A stretch of 27,921 nt of DNA from Candidatus Aenigmatarchaeota archaeon. GTDB taxonomy: Archaea; Aenigmatarchaeota; Aenigmatarchaeia; CG10238-14; SCSR01. Positions 17,401-26,604 of this stretch are shown in pieces. The notes under the pieces were generated by a model, which saw only the letters and a list, made by a program, of their open reading frames with translations, had not been told where the DNA came from and ran no database searches. Both the position numbers and the translations under genes were made by a program. Positions within the stretch are counted from its first letter, which is position 1; each line of letters starts with the position of its first letter. The DNA is taken from assembly GCA_039091335.1 (NCBI GenBank), contig JAWCME010000005.1, forward strand, positions 1 through 27,921, given 5' to 3'.

Positions 17401-19532
17401 CATCTTCCGTCTATGGTTGGGTCTTTTGAAAAATCTGTAGAAAATGAGTCAAAGGTAAGGGTTTTATTACTTTTCGAGCTAGCAGAAGGATTTCCGTAGT
17501 ACATATATATTTTAGCTGATCCAAGCTCTGGAATAAAAGGAACCTTTACCCAAATCTTTGTGTTCTGTGAATTACAGCCCGATTCAATCCAGTACGGAAT
17601 GGTATAATCTTTTGCAAATTCAAACAATGCAACATGAGCAAAATATTTGGTTGGTTGTGTGAAGGTTGTATGATATGCGGTAGGAATTTCTATTAGACCA
17701 TTTTTATCCAAATCATTAATGGACTTTCCGTATAGTAGAAATGCGTCTGTGTTATTGTATGTATAACTTTCTGAGTGTTTTAAATATCCATAACCATTAA
17801 GAATAAATAAGTATGCTTCGTTCCCCCAAGAATAAGATTTTGTTGCCCTTACGATTATCTCCCTCTCTCCGTCATTGTCCAAATCTATTATGTTTGGTTC
17901 TCCTGCAAGCTCATAGGAAGGTGAAATAAGAAGCATTTTTTCCCAAAGTAAATTTAAACTTGAATCAAAAGCAAAAACCTTTGCGTCTCTTGTCCCAGTT
18001 CCATAATCTCCCGATGCTGTAATTACAAGCTCATCGCTTCCATCCATGTTAATGTCAGAAGAAGCACCTATATGTAAAGGCATCCAATAGTTAGTGGCAT
18101 CCTGAATTTCTTTAGATTTTAGTATGTTTCCGTTCGAGTCTATTATTCTAATAAACAATTTTCCTGCATTTTCAATGGTAAAGCCGGAGAAAGCTATTTT
18201 TCCGTTTATCGAATTTATGCTTCTTATCAAATCTTCTACAGGGCTTATATCATAAACAAACCTTTTTTCCTGCACAAGGTTTGTGTTGTATATATATACA
18301 ACAGCGCTACCTCCCAACCTCCCACCAACAATTATCTCCCTTTCTCCATCATTATCATAATCCCATACCTTAACATCATACAAGCTTACTGGAGAAGCTT
18401 CCGATATCCATAGGTATGACTGTTCTGTAATAGAAGACCCATCCCATTGGAAAACTTTGATCATGCCTTTGCTGTTCGTTTCCCTTGACCATCCTATTAC
18501 TACAATTTCCTTGTAGGCATCGGCATCGATATTATCTATTGCTATATCTTCAGCATAAACTCCTGCTGTTCCAAGGTAGTCAAAATCATGATGTTTTTCT
18601 AAATTTAACTCTTGATTGTATATCCTTATAAACCCCTTTGGAGTGCTCTCGAAAACGAGTTGAATATTTGGCCTATTGCTACTTAGCGCAACTATTGGTG
18701 GGTTTGAAACGTCTGAAGATCCCCTGGCAAACCTGTTTGTGCTTGGAGTATATCTATAAGTTGAATAAGAAGTTTCATACGATCCATCTTGATGTCTTAA
18801 ACTTATTATAAGGTTGTCAACATTATTGTATTCAAAAGGAGTTTGGAGTGTTATTTCATACCAGCCAGTTGAAGAGCCCGGGTTTAAATTTCCACTAAAA
18901 ACAAGTGTGCCTGTTTGTAATCGATAGCATGTTGGAGCAGAGGACCATGAAGAAAGAGATGTATGAGACATATAGATTGTTACCCCATTAACAGTATCCG
19001 GGTTTGCTGAAGAAATGTACCACCTTATTTTTGTTATTTTTCCTGCCCTCCCAATTTCGCTTTTTAGATATATTGCGCCATTACAATGATAGTTATAGTA
19101 TATATCTATTGGTGCTCTTTGCGAAGAAGTTCCTGTACCGATTGTTATAGCTTGAGAAGAAATTGGTGTATCATCTGTTCCCACAACAACAAGCTCATTA
19201 GAACCGTCTGCATCAACATCATCAACAATAGCTTGATTTATCCAAACATCGTTGCTTCCTGAAGGAACCACTCCTTCATAGCTTGCGCTAGATTTAAGCA
19301 GATAGTCATCAGAGACAAACCTTATGTCTTCGCAATTGTTAAGCATTTTTCCATCTTGAATTAGTTGTTGAGTGTTGATGTTTGTTAATATCTGATAGTC
19401 TGTTAGAAAATTTCCTGAATTTGATATACTTATTTCTCTTCTGTACTGCCAGTTTTGGTCGAACCAAGCAAAAGCACTAGGAGAAAAAATTAAAAAAAAT
19501 AGGAAAAAAAGAAAAATTAGTTTAAGTTTCAT
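14415..19532 (-). CDS. Large secreted adhesin-like protein with two DUF2341 modules, FG-GAP-like propeller, lectin-like, LamG and PA14-like domains
   Basis: Signal peptide ending SAFA; two WxYR...TDYQ...DIRF...WVKVP...YYGNP units; repeated DxDxDGxxEI; LamG GKFGKALSFDG...GLIDEVRVYNR; C-terminal GWNLIS/GYW repeats. Confidence 0.8.
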   Translation of the reverse strand: MKLKLIFLFFLFFLIFSPSAFAWFDQNWQYRREISISNSGNFLTDYQILTNINTQQLIQDGKMLNNCEDIRFVSDDYLLKSSASYEGVVPSGSNDVWINQAIVDDVDADGSNELVVVGTDDTPISSQAITIGTGTSSQRAPIDIYYNYHCNGAIYLKSEIGRAGKITKIRWYISSANPDTVNGVTIYMSHTSLSSWSSAPTCYRLQTGTLVFSGNLNPGSSTGWYEITLQTPFEYNNVDNLIISLRHQDGSYETSYSTYRYTPSTNRFARGSSDVSNPPIVALSSNRPNIQLVFESTPKGFIRIYNQELNLEKHHDFDYLGTAGVYAEDIAIDNIDADAYKEIVVIGWSRETNSKGMIKVFQWDGSSITEQSYLWISEASPVSLYDVKVWDYDNDGEREIIVGGRLGGSAVVYIYNTNLVQEKRFVYDISPVEDLIRSINSINGKIAFSGFTIENAGKLFIRIIDSNGNILKSKEIQDATNYWMPLHIGASSDINMDGSDELVITASGDYGTGTRDAKVFAFDSSLNLLWEKMLLISPSYELAGEPNIIDLDNDGEREIIVRATKSYSWGNEAYLFILNGYGYLKHSESYTYNNTDAFLLYGKSINDLDKNGLIEIPTAYHTTFTQPTKYFAHVALFEFAKDYTIPYWIESGCNSQNTKIWVKVPFIPELGSAKIYMYYGNPSASSKSNKTLTFDSFSTDFSKDPTIDGRWEVIRTTGDSTNECYWDSGIKALYLTKAVNNKGCMMFFTTKGYPVEIFFNFLAGGGNGADGLHFGFDVDRTNCIPSGGGSLGACADGWMVEIDNYDNGANDPSGNYIAVARSNNPSGGWPRPGNNYYNTFATEDNLWHTITIQIAGDLNSVNTVLLDSNPILNGISISKLGFGYFGFGGGTGGLNNNHIIDEVKFLYRKFAYPDPSVVIGEEQPQQPTEWIYRKAIKIYSSYLLTDYQVLITNPIYNESDLVGSWHFSEGFGSVTKDYSDYSNDGTIYGATWVDGKFGKALSFDGNDYVALPNNTARVRNRFSITAWIKLNKLNQRGHIIDNAGDGNDGHYYIYIENLTGASLCPPNHIVAGFRGSAWRDFCTNISNLKTNEWYFITATYDGSTFKFYINAVIKNQTSLADNVNYPSNSLVKIGANAHNSWWFDGLIDEVRVYNRTLSDSEVLALYQAKARLDYGDIRFRDSDMNTELNYWQEADGKFWVKVPSIPSGTKTIYVYYGNPYASLKSSALTTFIPNQIFLITGRCNDANYCGYTDNHEEFDYIRQRIGSQFAVDNFGYVTSINHGTNPYGASDNYFSRYRFLFIPSVSGTYYFGTNSDDASEAALFPSDGYGGGFNTSHPFGLHSIISSWYGGHGTGSCGLSGTVLSKNLREGRGYWIEYMQTEWGGGQYSQFCINIPGVGWNVLDTSNVNFNYKIFSRKYVSPEPEISIGKETFAGINLIVDLLYPEEGILTEKVVGGMTELRASVYCEGSSGDCGNVEAFARYNSTGNAANTNIPSSGTPLYANPVPFSCGILNVGSVCNANFNVFLQSEGNYAIDVNFISDSVNSNETEDTYLRVILSLIQRISLRAGWNLISIPYQRVVTVISDPCNISSKNFYFFNSTQGRWEAFKLKELVGGKGYWVYSSKDCDVDAVYYGSVSIGDFPNIKKGYNLIGTTSQAPYDINSVKGDCNIEKVIYWDGINWVSTTTITPWKGYWIFVSRDCRLY

Positions 19533-19556
19533 AAAAATATTTTCTGTTTTTGAATA

Positions 19557-20690
19557 TTAAATCTCAGTTTTTTGAATAAGTTTTAGATACGGCAAGAATT
19601 CTTTTCTAACTTTTCTGGTTGAGCAGTGTAGAATTGTTGATAGTTTTTTTAGAGAATCTTTTTCCTCAGTCCTCTCAATTTTACTACTTCCTAAAAGCAA
19701 TATTTTTGAAGGATATTGGTATTTTGTGAATTTTTTATATACTTTATCCTTTGCCGTAGCTACTCCGCCTGTCATCAAATCTATCATATAAGCCATAAAC
19801 CTCCAGTTTTGCCTACTAGCTATTCTTTGCTGAAATATGTCTGCCTTGCTTAGTATATCAAAAGACTTAGCAACTTCTTCAGGACTTTCATATTCTTTTG
19901 AAACGTTGTTTTCAATCCACCAGAATATTTCTTCTGGGCTCTTATCAACATTGTTTATAGAAAGCTTTGCTGCAAGTATGGATTGAGTTTTGAATATGAT
20001 TTTTAAAGCATCGAATATGCTAGTTTCTTTTTCTCTATATCCGATAGCTTCTAAATCTTTTATGCTTACTTCTTTTCTTCCTCTTGCCACAATTTCTAAG
20101 TCGTTTATTGCAGAGCGCAAATCACCATCAGAGTTCTTTGCTATTATTCTCAAAACCTCTCCACCAACTTTTATACCCTCTTTTTCACAAATTAGTTTAA
20201 GTCTCCTCTCTATGTCATAAACATGAATTTTTTTGAATTCAACCATAATGCAATACTCTCTCAAGCTTCTAAGCTTCTGTTCATATGGATTATTGCACGC
20301 AAGAATTATTCTATGATAAGAGGTTTTAATTAGCTCTATTATTTCCTTTACTCCGCCAAAATCTTCCTTTCCATACAATCCCTCAATCTCGTCCAAAAAA
20401 AATATTTTTCCTTTCTTAAAAAGTGATTTTTGCATCGCCGATTTTCCAATAACCTCTTTAATCTGTAGAGAAGACCTGAAATCGCTTGCGTTCATCTCTA
20501 TGAAATCGTAACCTTTTTCGTTTGCTAGAGCTTCAATTGTACAACTCTTTCCGGATCCGGGAGGACCATAAATTAAAATTGGTTTTTTTCCAGGCCTCCA
20601 ATCCTCAAACCACTTCAGAATAGTTTTTTTGGCTTCTTCCTGATTTACAATTTCTGATAATTTTTTTGGTTTGTATTTTTCTACCCACAC
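19557..20690 (-). CDS. rfcL: Replication factor C large subunit
   Basis: WVEKYKP, GPPGSGKS, NASDFR, DEIEG, GDLRSAINDL; GTG start at 20690, just after the rfcS stop. Confidence 0.93.
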   Translation of the reverse strand: MWVEKYKPKKLSEIVNQEEAKKTILKWFEDWRPGKKPILIYGPPGSGKSCTIEALANEKGYDFIEMNASDFRSSLQIKEVIGKSAMQKSLFKKGKIFFLDEIEGLYGKEDFGGVKEIIELIKTSYHRIILACNNPYEQKLRSLREYCIMVEFKKIHVYDIERRLKLICEKEGIKVGGEVLRIIAKNSDGDLRSAINDLEIVARGRKEVSIKDLEAIGYREKETSIFDALKIIFKTQSILAAKLSINNVDKSPEEIFWWIENNVSKEYESPEEVAKSFDILSKADIFQQRIASRQNWRFMAYMIDLMTGGVATAKDKVYKKFTKYQYPSKILLLGSSKIERTEEKDSLKKLSTILHCSTRKVRKEFLPYLKLIQKTEI

Positions 20691-20691
20691 C

Positions 20692-21648
20692 CTAACCAAC
20701 TTTCTTAGAGAATAACAAGAAACTGGCAAGAAGTGCTTCAAGCTGAATTAATTCGTTCCCCCCCTCTGATATACGAAACTCAAATTCTCCGCATCTTTCA
20801 ATCAGTCGAATTTTTGTTTCTTCAGGAATGTTTAAAGAGTAGATTTGTCTATGAATTTCTTTTATTATGTCACTTCCTGAAAGCCCCTGCCTTAAAAGCA
20901 TGTTTTGTAAAATTTTTCTACTTTCTTCAAAATTTCCTTTTAAAACAGTTTCAATCATTTTCTTAACGTCGTCTGGCTTGGCTTGAGATGCCACCTCATA
21001 AACAACTTCTTCGGTAATTTTTTCATTTAGTGTAGCACATGCTTGAAGTAGGTTTGCAACCTTTCTCAAATCCCCCTCACTAATATATATTATTGCATTT
21101 ATCCCGCTCTCGTCGATTTTAAGTTTTTCACCCTTTACTATCCTTTCTATGAATTTTTTTATGTCCGCTTCACCCAAAGCTTTAAACCTAAAAACTGCAC
21201 AGCGTGACTGAATTGGTTCAATAATCTTAGAGGAATAGTTTGCAGATAGAATGAAAGAGCAAATAGAAGAAAACTGTTCCATCGTTCTTCTTAGCGCTTG
21301 CTGGGCTTCTGGTGTTAGTGCATCACACTCGTCAAGAAATATAATCTTAAACTCACTTCCAATTGGTTTTGTCCTGGCAAAATCCTTTATTTTCCCCCTT
21401 ACTGTTTGAATCCCCCTTTCTTCGCTAGCATTTGTTTCCAAGAAGTTTGACCTCCAGTTCTCTCCAAAAAGTTCGCGTGCAAGGCATAGTGCAGCAGTAG
21501 TTTTTCCTGTTCCTGGACCACCAGCAAATATCATGTGAGGTACATTCCTTTCTTTTACAAAAACCTTTAGTCTTTCTACAACATGCCTTTGATTTATCAT
21601 TTCACTTAGTCTGATTGGTCTGTACTTTTCAGCCCAAATTTCAATCAT
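20692..21648 (-). CDS. rfcS: Replication factor C small subunit (alternative TTG start at 21669)
   Basis: WAEKYRP, GPGTGKT, NASEERG, LDECD, SRC motif. Confidence 0.96.
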   Translation of the reverse strand: MIEIWAEKYRPIRLSEMINQRHVVERLKVFVKERNVPHMIFAGGPGTGKTTAALCLARELFGENWRSNFLETNASEERGIQTVRGKIKDFARTKPIGSEFKIIFLDECDALTPEAQQALRRTMEQFSSICSFILSANYSSKIIEPIQSRCAVFRFKALGEADIKKFIERIVKGEKLKIDESGINAIIYISEGDLRKVANLLQACATLNEKITEEVVYEVASQAKPDDVKKMIETVLKGNFEESRKILQNMLLRQGLSGSDIIKEIHRQIYSLNIPEETKIRLIERCGEFEFRISEGGNELIQLEALLASFLLFSKKVG

Positions 21649-21714
21649 TTTCTTACCTTTTTTACTCAAAATTATATTGTTTCATCAGATAAATATTTCA
21701 AACTATTAAGAAAA

Positions 21715-23187
21715 TTAAGAAAAGACCAACCTTATTATTGGCTTGTTTGTTGTATGGTTTATTCCGATATTTTCAACAAAAACCTTATAATTTCCCTTTC
21801 CTGCGATAAAATTCCCGGTAAGGTCTATTTTTGAAAAAGGTATAATTAGCTTTACCCTTCTTTCACCCCCCCTTATCTTTATTTCATCGAAGTGTGTATG
21901 ACCAAAGGGGTTCGCTAAAACCAAGTAGAGTCTTGGGGCATTTGTTATTTCAAACATTCCCGTTTGGTTTACTATTTTCTTTGAGCTCATTTCATATTCT
22001 GTCTTAATCTCCTCTTCGTTTAGTGAAACATTAAAAATCCTTATTTCATCGACAACCCCCTTTAAAAAACCATCATCATTTAAGTCAGCAAACGTACCAA
22101 AGAAAAGAGGAGAATCTTTATTGAAGTTTGTATAGCTTAAGGAAGAAATTCCAATTTGATTACCGTTAAGATAGAACTTTATTGTACCATTAGCATAAGT
22201 TACTGCAACATGAGTAAACTTATCAGATATGGAAGAAAATGGTTGGCTATATTTTGTTTCCCCATTTGTTCCATTCCCACTTTCCCACACAATTTCATTG
22301 TTCCTAACAAATATGGAAAAGCCATCAGAAATTAGGCCAGAATTTTTATTTGAGACAAAATTTGGATAAGGATTTTGATCTCCTATTAGTTTTAACCAAC
22401 CGGACACAGAAAAATTTTCACCTATATTTATCGTTGGAGTTTTTATGTAGTCATCAATTCCATCAAGCCTTAAGGCATTTCCACAGATTCCATAAACCCA
22501 TTCAGGACACCCCTGGTACGGACTTGCACAGTTAAATGTTGAATTGTAAATTTTTCCGTTGTTTTTATTTAAAGAATAGTCGTAGCTCTCATTCCCAAAA
22601 CCTTCATCGAGAGTTAAATAAATTTTCAATTTTTCTGGTATTATGGGTAGGGTGAATATTTCGCCGTGAATATCAGATTTATCCGAAGCTATTCCACTGA
22701 CTCTAAAATTTCTTATTGGTTTTTCATACGAATAATAGCTTGTAGCGTTTTCACAAGAATATTCTCCATCCTCTACCTTGCAAGTTCCTTTCCAGACAGG
22801 AGAGGCATTTGAGTTTTCTTTATAGCTGTTGAAGAAGTCGATAAATAAAGGAGATTTCTCTAACTTAACATTACCGCTTACTCCCTCAAGAAAAAAGTCA
22901 GACCTTGTTTCATACTCAAAATAAATCCATTCGAAAGCATCTTCAACCTTATACTTGCCATCAGTGACAATTAGGTTTATTGCTCTTTTACTTCCGTTTG
23001 ATTCGCTTGCAACTTGCCTTATTGCCGAATTTATCAATTCTAAGTTTTGGATTGCTTCATTTATTATAGCAGAATCTTTTATTCTGTCTAAAGTTGGGTT
23101 TATTACACTTAAAGTTAGGGCAACTGCCACAACACTCAACAAAACAGTCAGTACTAAGGCAACTAGGGGATTAACTCCTTTCTTCAT
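21715..23187 (-). CDS. Class III signal peptide protein with LamG domain (putative pilus adhesin or minor pilin)
   Basis: MKKG/VNPLVALVLTVLL; LamG motifs ALRLDGIDDY, FTHVAVTY, GVVDEIRIFN. Confidence 0.75.
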   Translation of the reverse strand: MKKGVNPLVALVLTVLLSVVAVALTLSVINPTLDRIKDSAIINEAIQNLELINSAIRQVASESNGSKRAINLIVTDGKYKVEDAFEWIYFEYETRSDFFLEGVSGNVKLEKSPLFIDFFNSYKENSNASPVWKGTCKVEDGEYSCENATSYYSYEKPIRNFRVSGIASDKSDIHGEIFTLPIIPEKLKIYLTLDEGFGNESYDYSLNKNNGKIYNSTFNCASPYQGCPEWVYGICGNALRLDGIDDYIKTPTINIGENFSVSGWLKLIGDQNPYPNFVSNKNSGLISDGFSIFVRNNEIVWESGNGTNGETKYSQPFSSISDKFTHVAVTYANGTIKFYLNGNQIGISSLSYTNFNKDSPLFFGTFADLNDDGFLKGVVDEIRIFNVSLNEEEIKTEYEMSSKKIVNQTGMFEITNAPRLYLVLANPFGHTHFDEIKIRGGERRVKLIIPFSKIDLTGNFIAGKGNYKVFVENIGINHTTNKPIIRLVFS

Positions 23188-23229
23188 TAAATATTTTTTG
23201 TGAATTTTTTTCTTTATAGTTGATTAAAT

Positions 23230-23841
23230 TTAAAGAAACACATACTCAGACTGGAATTTTCTTTTATAAACTGCATCAAAACCAATTAAAGTTAAATCAA
23301 AAAAAGAATTGTACACATATTTGCTTTCAGACGTCCTTATGGTTATATTATTTGAATAGTCGTCATACTTAAAAGTTAAAACATAGTTTAGCCCAGGTAT
23401 TATCGTAAAGCTAGTGTCCCACCTTCCATAATCTTCGATATCATTCCCTTTCTTACTTCCGTTCAAATCAAGCTCTACATATATTTTTTTGTTTAACAAG
23501 TTCAATAGAGTTATGTTTAGTGTTTGAGAAGAAAAGTTTGAAATGGAACCCAAAAAAAGAAGTTTAAGTTCCATTGCATGCTCAGAAACTTTTGTTTTCG
23601 TAAAATTTGAAAAGTCAAAAACATTGTTTGCTATATTTTCCTTTTGATGGGAAGAAAAAATTATTGAATTCTCCAGTTCTTCCCTTATGTTCTCAAAAAA
23701 TTCCTTCTCGTATCGCATCTCCAAAATCTTTCTCTGCTCCTCTATGCTTGGATTTTTAATTGTAAACCTTGCTATTAGTAAGCCTGTTGCTATAACTATG
23801 GCTGCAATTAAAAACATTTGTCCTTTCAATCGTATCCCCAT
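23230..23841 (-). CDS. Class III signal peptide (pilin-like) protein
   Basis: LKG/QMFLIAAIVIA cleavage motif; N-terminus similar to 14011-14421. Confidence 0.65.
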   Translation of the reverse strand: MGIRLKGQMFLIAAIVIATGLLIARFTIKNPSIEEQRKILEMRYEKEFFENIREELENSIIFSSHQKENIANNVFDFSNFTKTKVSEHAMELKLLFLGSISNFSSQTLNITLLNLLNKKIYVELDLNGSKKGNDIEDYGRWDTSFTIIPGLNYVLTFKYDDYSNNITIRTSESKYVYNSFFDLTLIGFDAVYKRKFQSEYVFL

Positions 23842-24209
23842 ATAAAAGTCCTTATTTCTAATGCAGAATAATTACCTATGTCTCCTGCTATGAGATAGCT
23901 AACAGTAATTATGTTTTCAGAATTTATGGAAGGCATTTGAGTTATGTTGGATGTTTTGTTGTAAATAGCGACTTTAAAGTTTAAGAAAGGTGGTATGTAT
24001 GGGGATAAGCTGTTTTCTATCTTATCAACATTTTTATTCAAGCAGTATTCTCTAAGCTTGCCTTCTGTCAAATTCTTTAGCGCAGAAATCACATAAAGCC
24101 TATAGTTTGCCTCATGCATCCCAGGGATTTTAATAGGATGTGTGAAAATTAAAAATAAAACCATTGCTAAGATGGTTGATGCAATCATAGACTCTAAACT
24201 TTTGAGCAT
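23826..24209 (-). CDS. Putative pilin-like membrane-anchored protein
   Basis: ATG 24209 gives MLKSLESMIASTILAMVLFLIF (Glu followed by a hydrophobic helix); lies within the pilin-like cluster. Confidence 0.55.
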   Translation of the reverse strand: MLKSLESMIASTILAMVLFLIFTHPIKIPGMHEANYRLYVISALKNLTEGKLREYCLNKNVDKIENSLSPYIPPFLNFKVAIYNKTSNITQMPSINSENIITVSYLIAGDIGNYSALEIRTFIWGYD

Positions 24210-24252
24210 TTTCTCATTTAAATTTTGAAATTGTTTTGAATTAAATTTGAAA

Positions 24253-25305
24253 CTATTTCTGTTCTTCAAAGAAAATTGCCTCAATTTTCTTTTCAGGGAA
24301 AACCAATATTTTTAACGGTTTTTTTTCAAACCTTAATCCATCTACCCTAATAGAGCCAGTAGTCTCAGATGTTTTGTTTGAAATAGAAAATTTGACAAAA
24401 TCTATTCCAAGGGAGGAATTAAAGTTTGTCCAATTATACCAATTTGAAGAAGATATTTCCTCTTCAAACAAATACCATTCCCCTCCCTTTATTTCAGTCA
24501 AATTTTTTGTTATAACTTCGTTATTATCGCTTATAGATATATTTAAACTTTTTATTTTTGAAACATCTTCAACAAAAAGCCATGCTCTAATATACCACCC
24601 GTTCTCCACTCCTGTTATGTTTTCTTCTGGGTTGTATTCTAAAGAAAGCAACGAGTTTGAGCTAAAGTTTCCAGTCATGTTTATTGCATAATTTCCAACC
24701 TTTTTTTTCCATTCTAGATTGATGTTTGCATTCCCTTCCCTTACTGCCCAGCCATTAACGCTTTCTGTCCAGGCATCCCCATCAGAAGGAATCCAGCTAG
24801 TTGTGTTGTAGCTTAATGTATAATTTTTAATAATTGTTGTTAGGTTATTGTAGAAGATAGTAAATTTTCTTTTCTGAAAAGAGGAGATGTTTAAGTTGAA
24901 TGTAAGGCTCGCATTTCTCAAATATTTCCAGGAACAAAAGCCCTGATAAGTGAAATTAAAAGGCAGCTCGTTAAAATCCTCGTCCCACACCCTCACACTT
25001 TCGTTCAAACTCTTGTTCGTACAAAATTCATCGAAAACAACAAAAAATTCAACGGGTTCTTCTTCTCTATCAATTCCCGCATCTTCCTTGACTAATATTT
25101 GAGATTTGTAAACATCGATAAGAACACCCCTTTCTGAGTATTCTTCTCTCTTAAAAAAATTTTCATATATTTTTGTTAGATTTCTTTTAATATCTATTCC
25201 GGTAGAGGTTGGAATCTTTGAGAAATAGTTTAGAGTGATTGATATAACTATTCCTATCACAAGTATAAAAGTTGAAAGTGCTACTGCTAAATCTATATAT
25301 CCCAT
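24253..25305 (-). CDS. Membrane-anchored secreted glycoprotein, pilin-like N-terminus
   Basis: MGYIDLAVALSTFILVIGIVI N-terminal helix; many N-x-S/T sequons. Confidence 0.6.
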   Translation of the reverse strand: MGYIDLAVALSTFILVIGIVISITLNYFSKIPTSTGIDIKRNLTKIYENFFKREEYSERGVLIDVYKSQILVKEDAGIDREEEPVEFFVVFDEFCTNKSLNESVRVWDEDFNELPFNFTYQGFCSWKYLRNASLTFNLNISSFQKRKFTIFYNNLTTIIKNYTLSYNTTSWIPSDGDAWTESVNGWAVREGNANINLEWKKKVGNYAINMTGNFSSNSLLSLEYNPEENITGVENGWYIRAWLFVEDVSKIKSLNISISDNNEVITKNLTEIKGGEWYLFEEEISSSNWYNWTNFNSSLGIDFVKFSISNKTSETTGSIRVDGLRFEKKPLKILVFPEKKIEAIFFEEQK

Positions 25306-25426
25306 CCCCCCACCCTATTGTTCAAGAAAATACAAGAAAGTAGAATTTTCATAATAATTATTTAATCTTCATTTTGATAAAAAATGTAGAATTTATAAAT
25401 ATGTTTTAATAATATAAAATGAGAAA

Positions 25427-26002
25427 ATGATGATGAAAAGGATTTATGTGCTTATTGTTGCTTTGATAGTTCTGTTTGGTGTACTGTTTTATAGCCTTGG
25501 ATTATTTGGAGTTAGAGTTCAAAAGAGGGAGGTTGAAAATAAAATAAAAAGCTTATACGAGCTCGCAAACCCAGGAGCAATAGTTGAAGTTGTTGGTGCT
25601 TTTGAGGAAAGCGGAATTTACAAAATAATATTAAAAATCAGGGATGTTAACGGAATTACTTATAGAGAAGTTTACGTTACCAAGGATGGAAGGTTGTTAA
25701 CAGAGGGTGTGATATTTGTTGAAGAATCAATAGTACAGATAGAGAAAATGAAAAAATTTGTTGATTGCTTGGACGAAAAGGGGGTAAGAATATACGGCGT
25801 AACAAATCAAACAGCAACACTACTTCAACTCAACCTGCTTGGAAGATATTCTACAAAACTTCTTATAGCGTGTGATTTGAATTTAGAGAGATGCCTGGCA
25901 GCCAATATTACTCAAGTTCCTTCTGTCGTTGCGGGAAGAATCGTTGATGTTGGAATTAAGAATATAGATTGGTTTGAAAGAGTTACAGGGTGTAGATTAT
26001 AA
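25427..26002 (+). CDS. Membrane-anchored thioredoxin-like protein lacking CxxC
   Basis: N-terminal TM; YVTKDGR resembles a DsbC-type N-domain; C-terminal CL.EKG...YG...C...C...P...GC pattern. Confidence 0.5.
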   Translation: MMMKRIYVLIVALIVLFGVLFYSLGLFGVRVQKREVENKIKSLYELANPGAIVEVVGAFEESGIYKIILKIRDVNGITYREVYVTKDGRLLTEGVIFVEESIVQIEKMKKFVDCLDEKGVRIYGVTNQTATLLQLNLLGRYSTKLLIACDLNLERCLAANITQVPSVVAGRIVDVGIKNIDWFERVTGCRL

Positions 26003-26006
26003 TAAA

Positions 26007-26507
26007 TTACTCCTTAAGGCTGTAATATTTTTCTCTACCTATTTCCTTACCCTCAACTATTCCCAGTTCCTCCATTTTCTTCAAGTATTCGTTTGCTCTT
26101 GTTCTGGAAAGGTTTAATATCTCAGCAAGCTCGGAAGAAGAAATTTTCCCGTATTCACTCAATATCGAAATTATTTTTTGTATTTTCTTTGTTTCAACTA
26201 TCCCCAACTCTTCCTTTGAAGCTATTATTGGTCTTGCTATACACTTAACCTTTGAAGCTATTTTTTCAACAACCTCTTCTGTACTTACAATTTCTTTTTG
26301 AAAAGTAGCTTCACTTAAAACTCTTTCTGGCATTCTTTCATCAATTTTCCTTTCAAGCTCCGCAATTTTTAAATAAATTCTTTCAATCCTTTCTTTTATG
26401 TCCCTAAGTGCTTCTAAGGTTGCTCCAAGAAAAACAGCCTGTTTTTGTATTTCTTCGTTTGTTATACTATTTTCCTGGAGTTCTTCCCTTTTTCTAATAA
26501 AATCCAT
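26007..26507 (-). CDS. Coiled-coil plus winged-helix transcriptional regulator
   Basis: SSSELAEILNLSRTRANEYLKKMEELGIV...GREKYY wHTH at the C-terminus; heptad-like N-terminal half. Confidence 0.75.
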   Translation of the reverse strand: MDFIRKREELQENSITNEEIQKQAVFLGATLEALRDIKERIERIYLKIAELERKIDERMPERVLSEATFQKEIVSTEEVVEKIASKVKCIARPIIASKEELGIVETKKIQKIISILSEYGKISSSELAEILNLSRTRANEYLKKMEELGIVEGKEIGREKYYSLKE

Positions 26508-26565
26508 ATTTTATATTTGATTTTCTATAATAAAAATTAGTCTTTAATTTCATGAATTCTATTCA

Positions 26566-26582
26566 AACAAAAAATTTATAAG
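26566..26582 (+). promoter_or_regulatory. BRE/TATA promoter of RNase P RNA
   Basis: A-rich run followed by TTTATAAG at 26575-26582, 23-30 nt upstream of P1. Confidence 0.65.
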
Positions 26583-26604
26583 TAGAGAATGTATTTAATA
26601 TTTT

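Noticed and set aside
10511..21648. Inteins or in-frame introns in mcm, rfcS and rfcL
   Set aside because: Lengths and motif spacing are normal with no visible insertions; very short in-frame inserts in hypothetical genes cannot be excluded by eye.
24240..24290. Possible frameshift fusing 24253-25305 with the downstream ORF
   Set aside because: No BHB or clear slippery site, and the downstream gene has its own ATG and N-terminal helix at 24209.
1551..24691. Numerous short antisense or alternate-frame ORFs in the track (e.g. 1551-1781, 11455-11928, 16974-17429, 24374-24691)
   Set aside because: They overlap well-supported genes and show no recognisable motifs.
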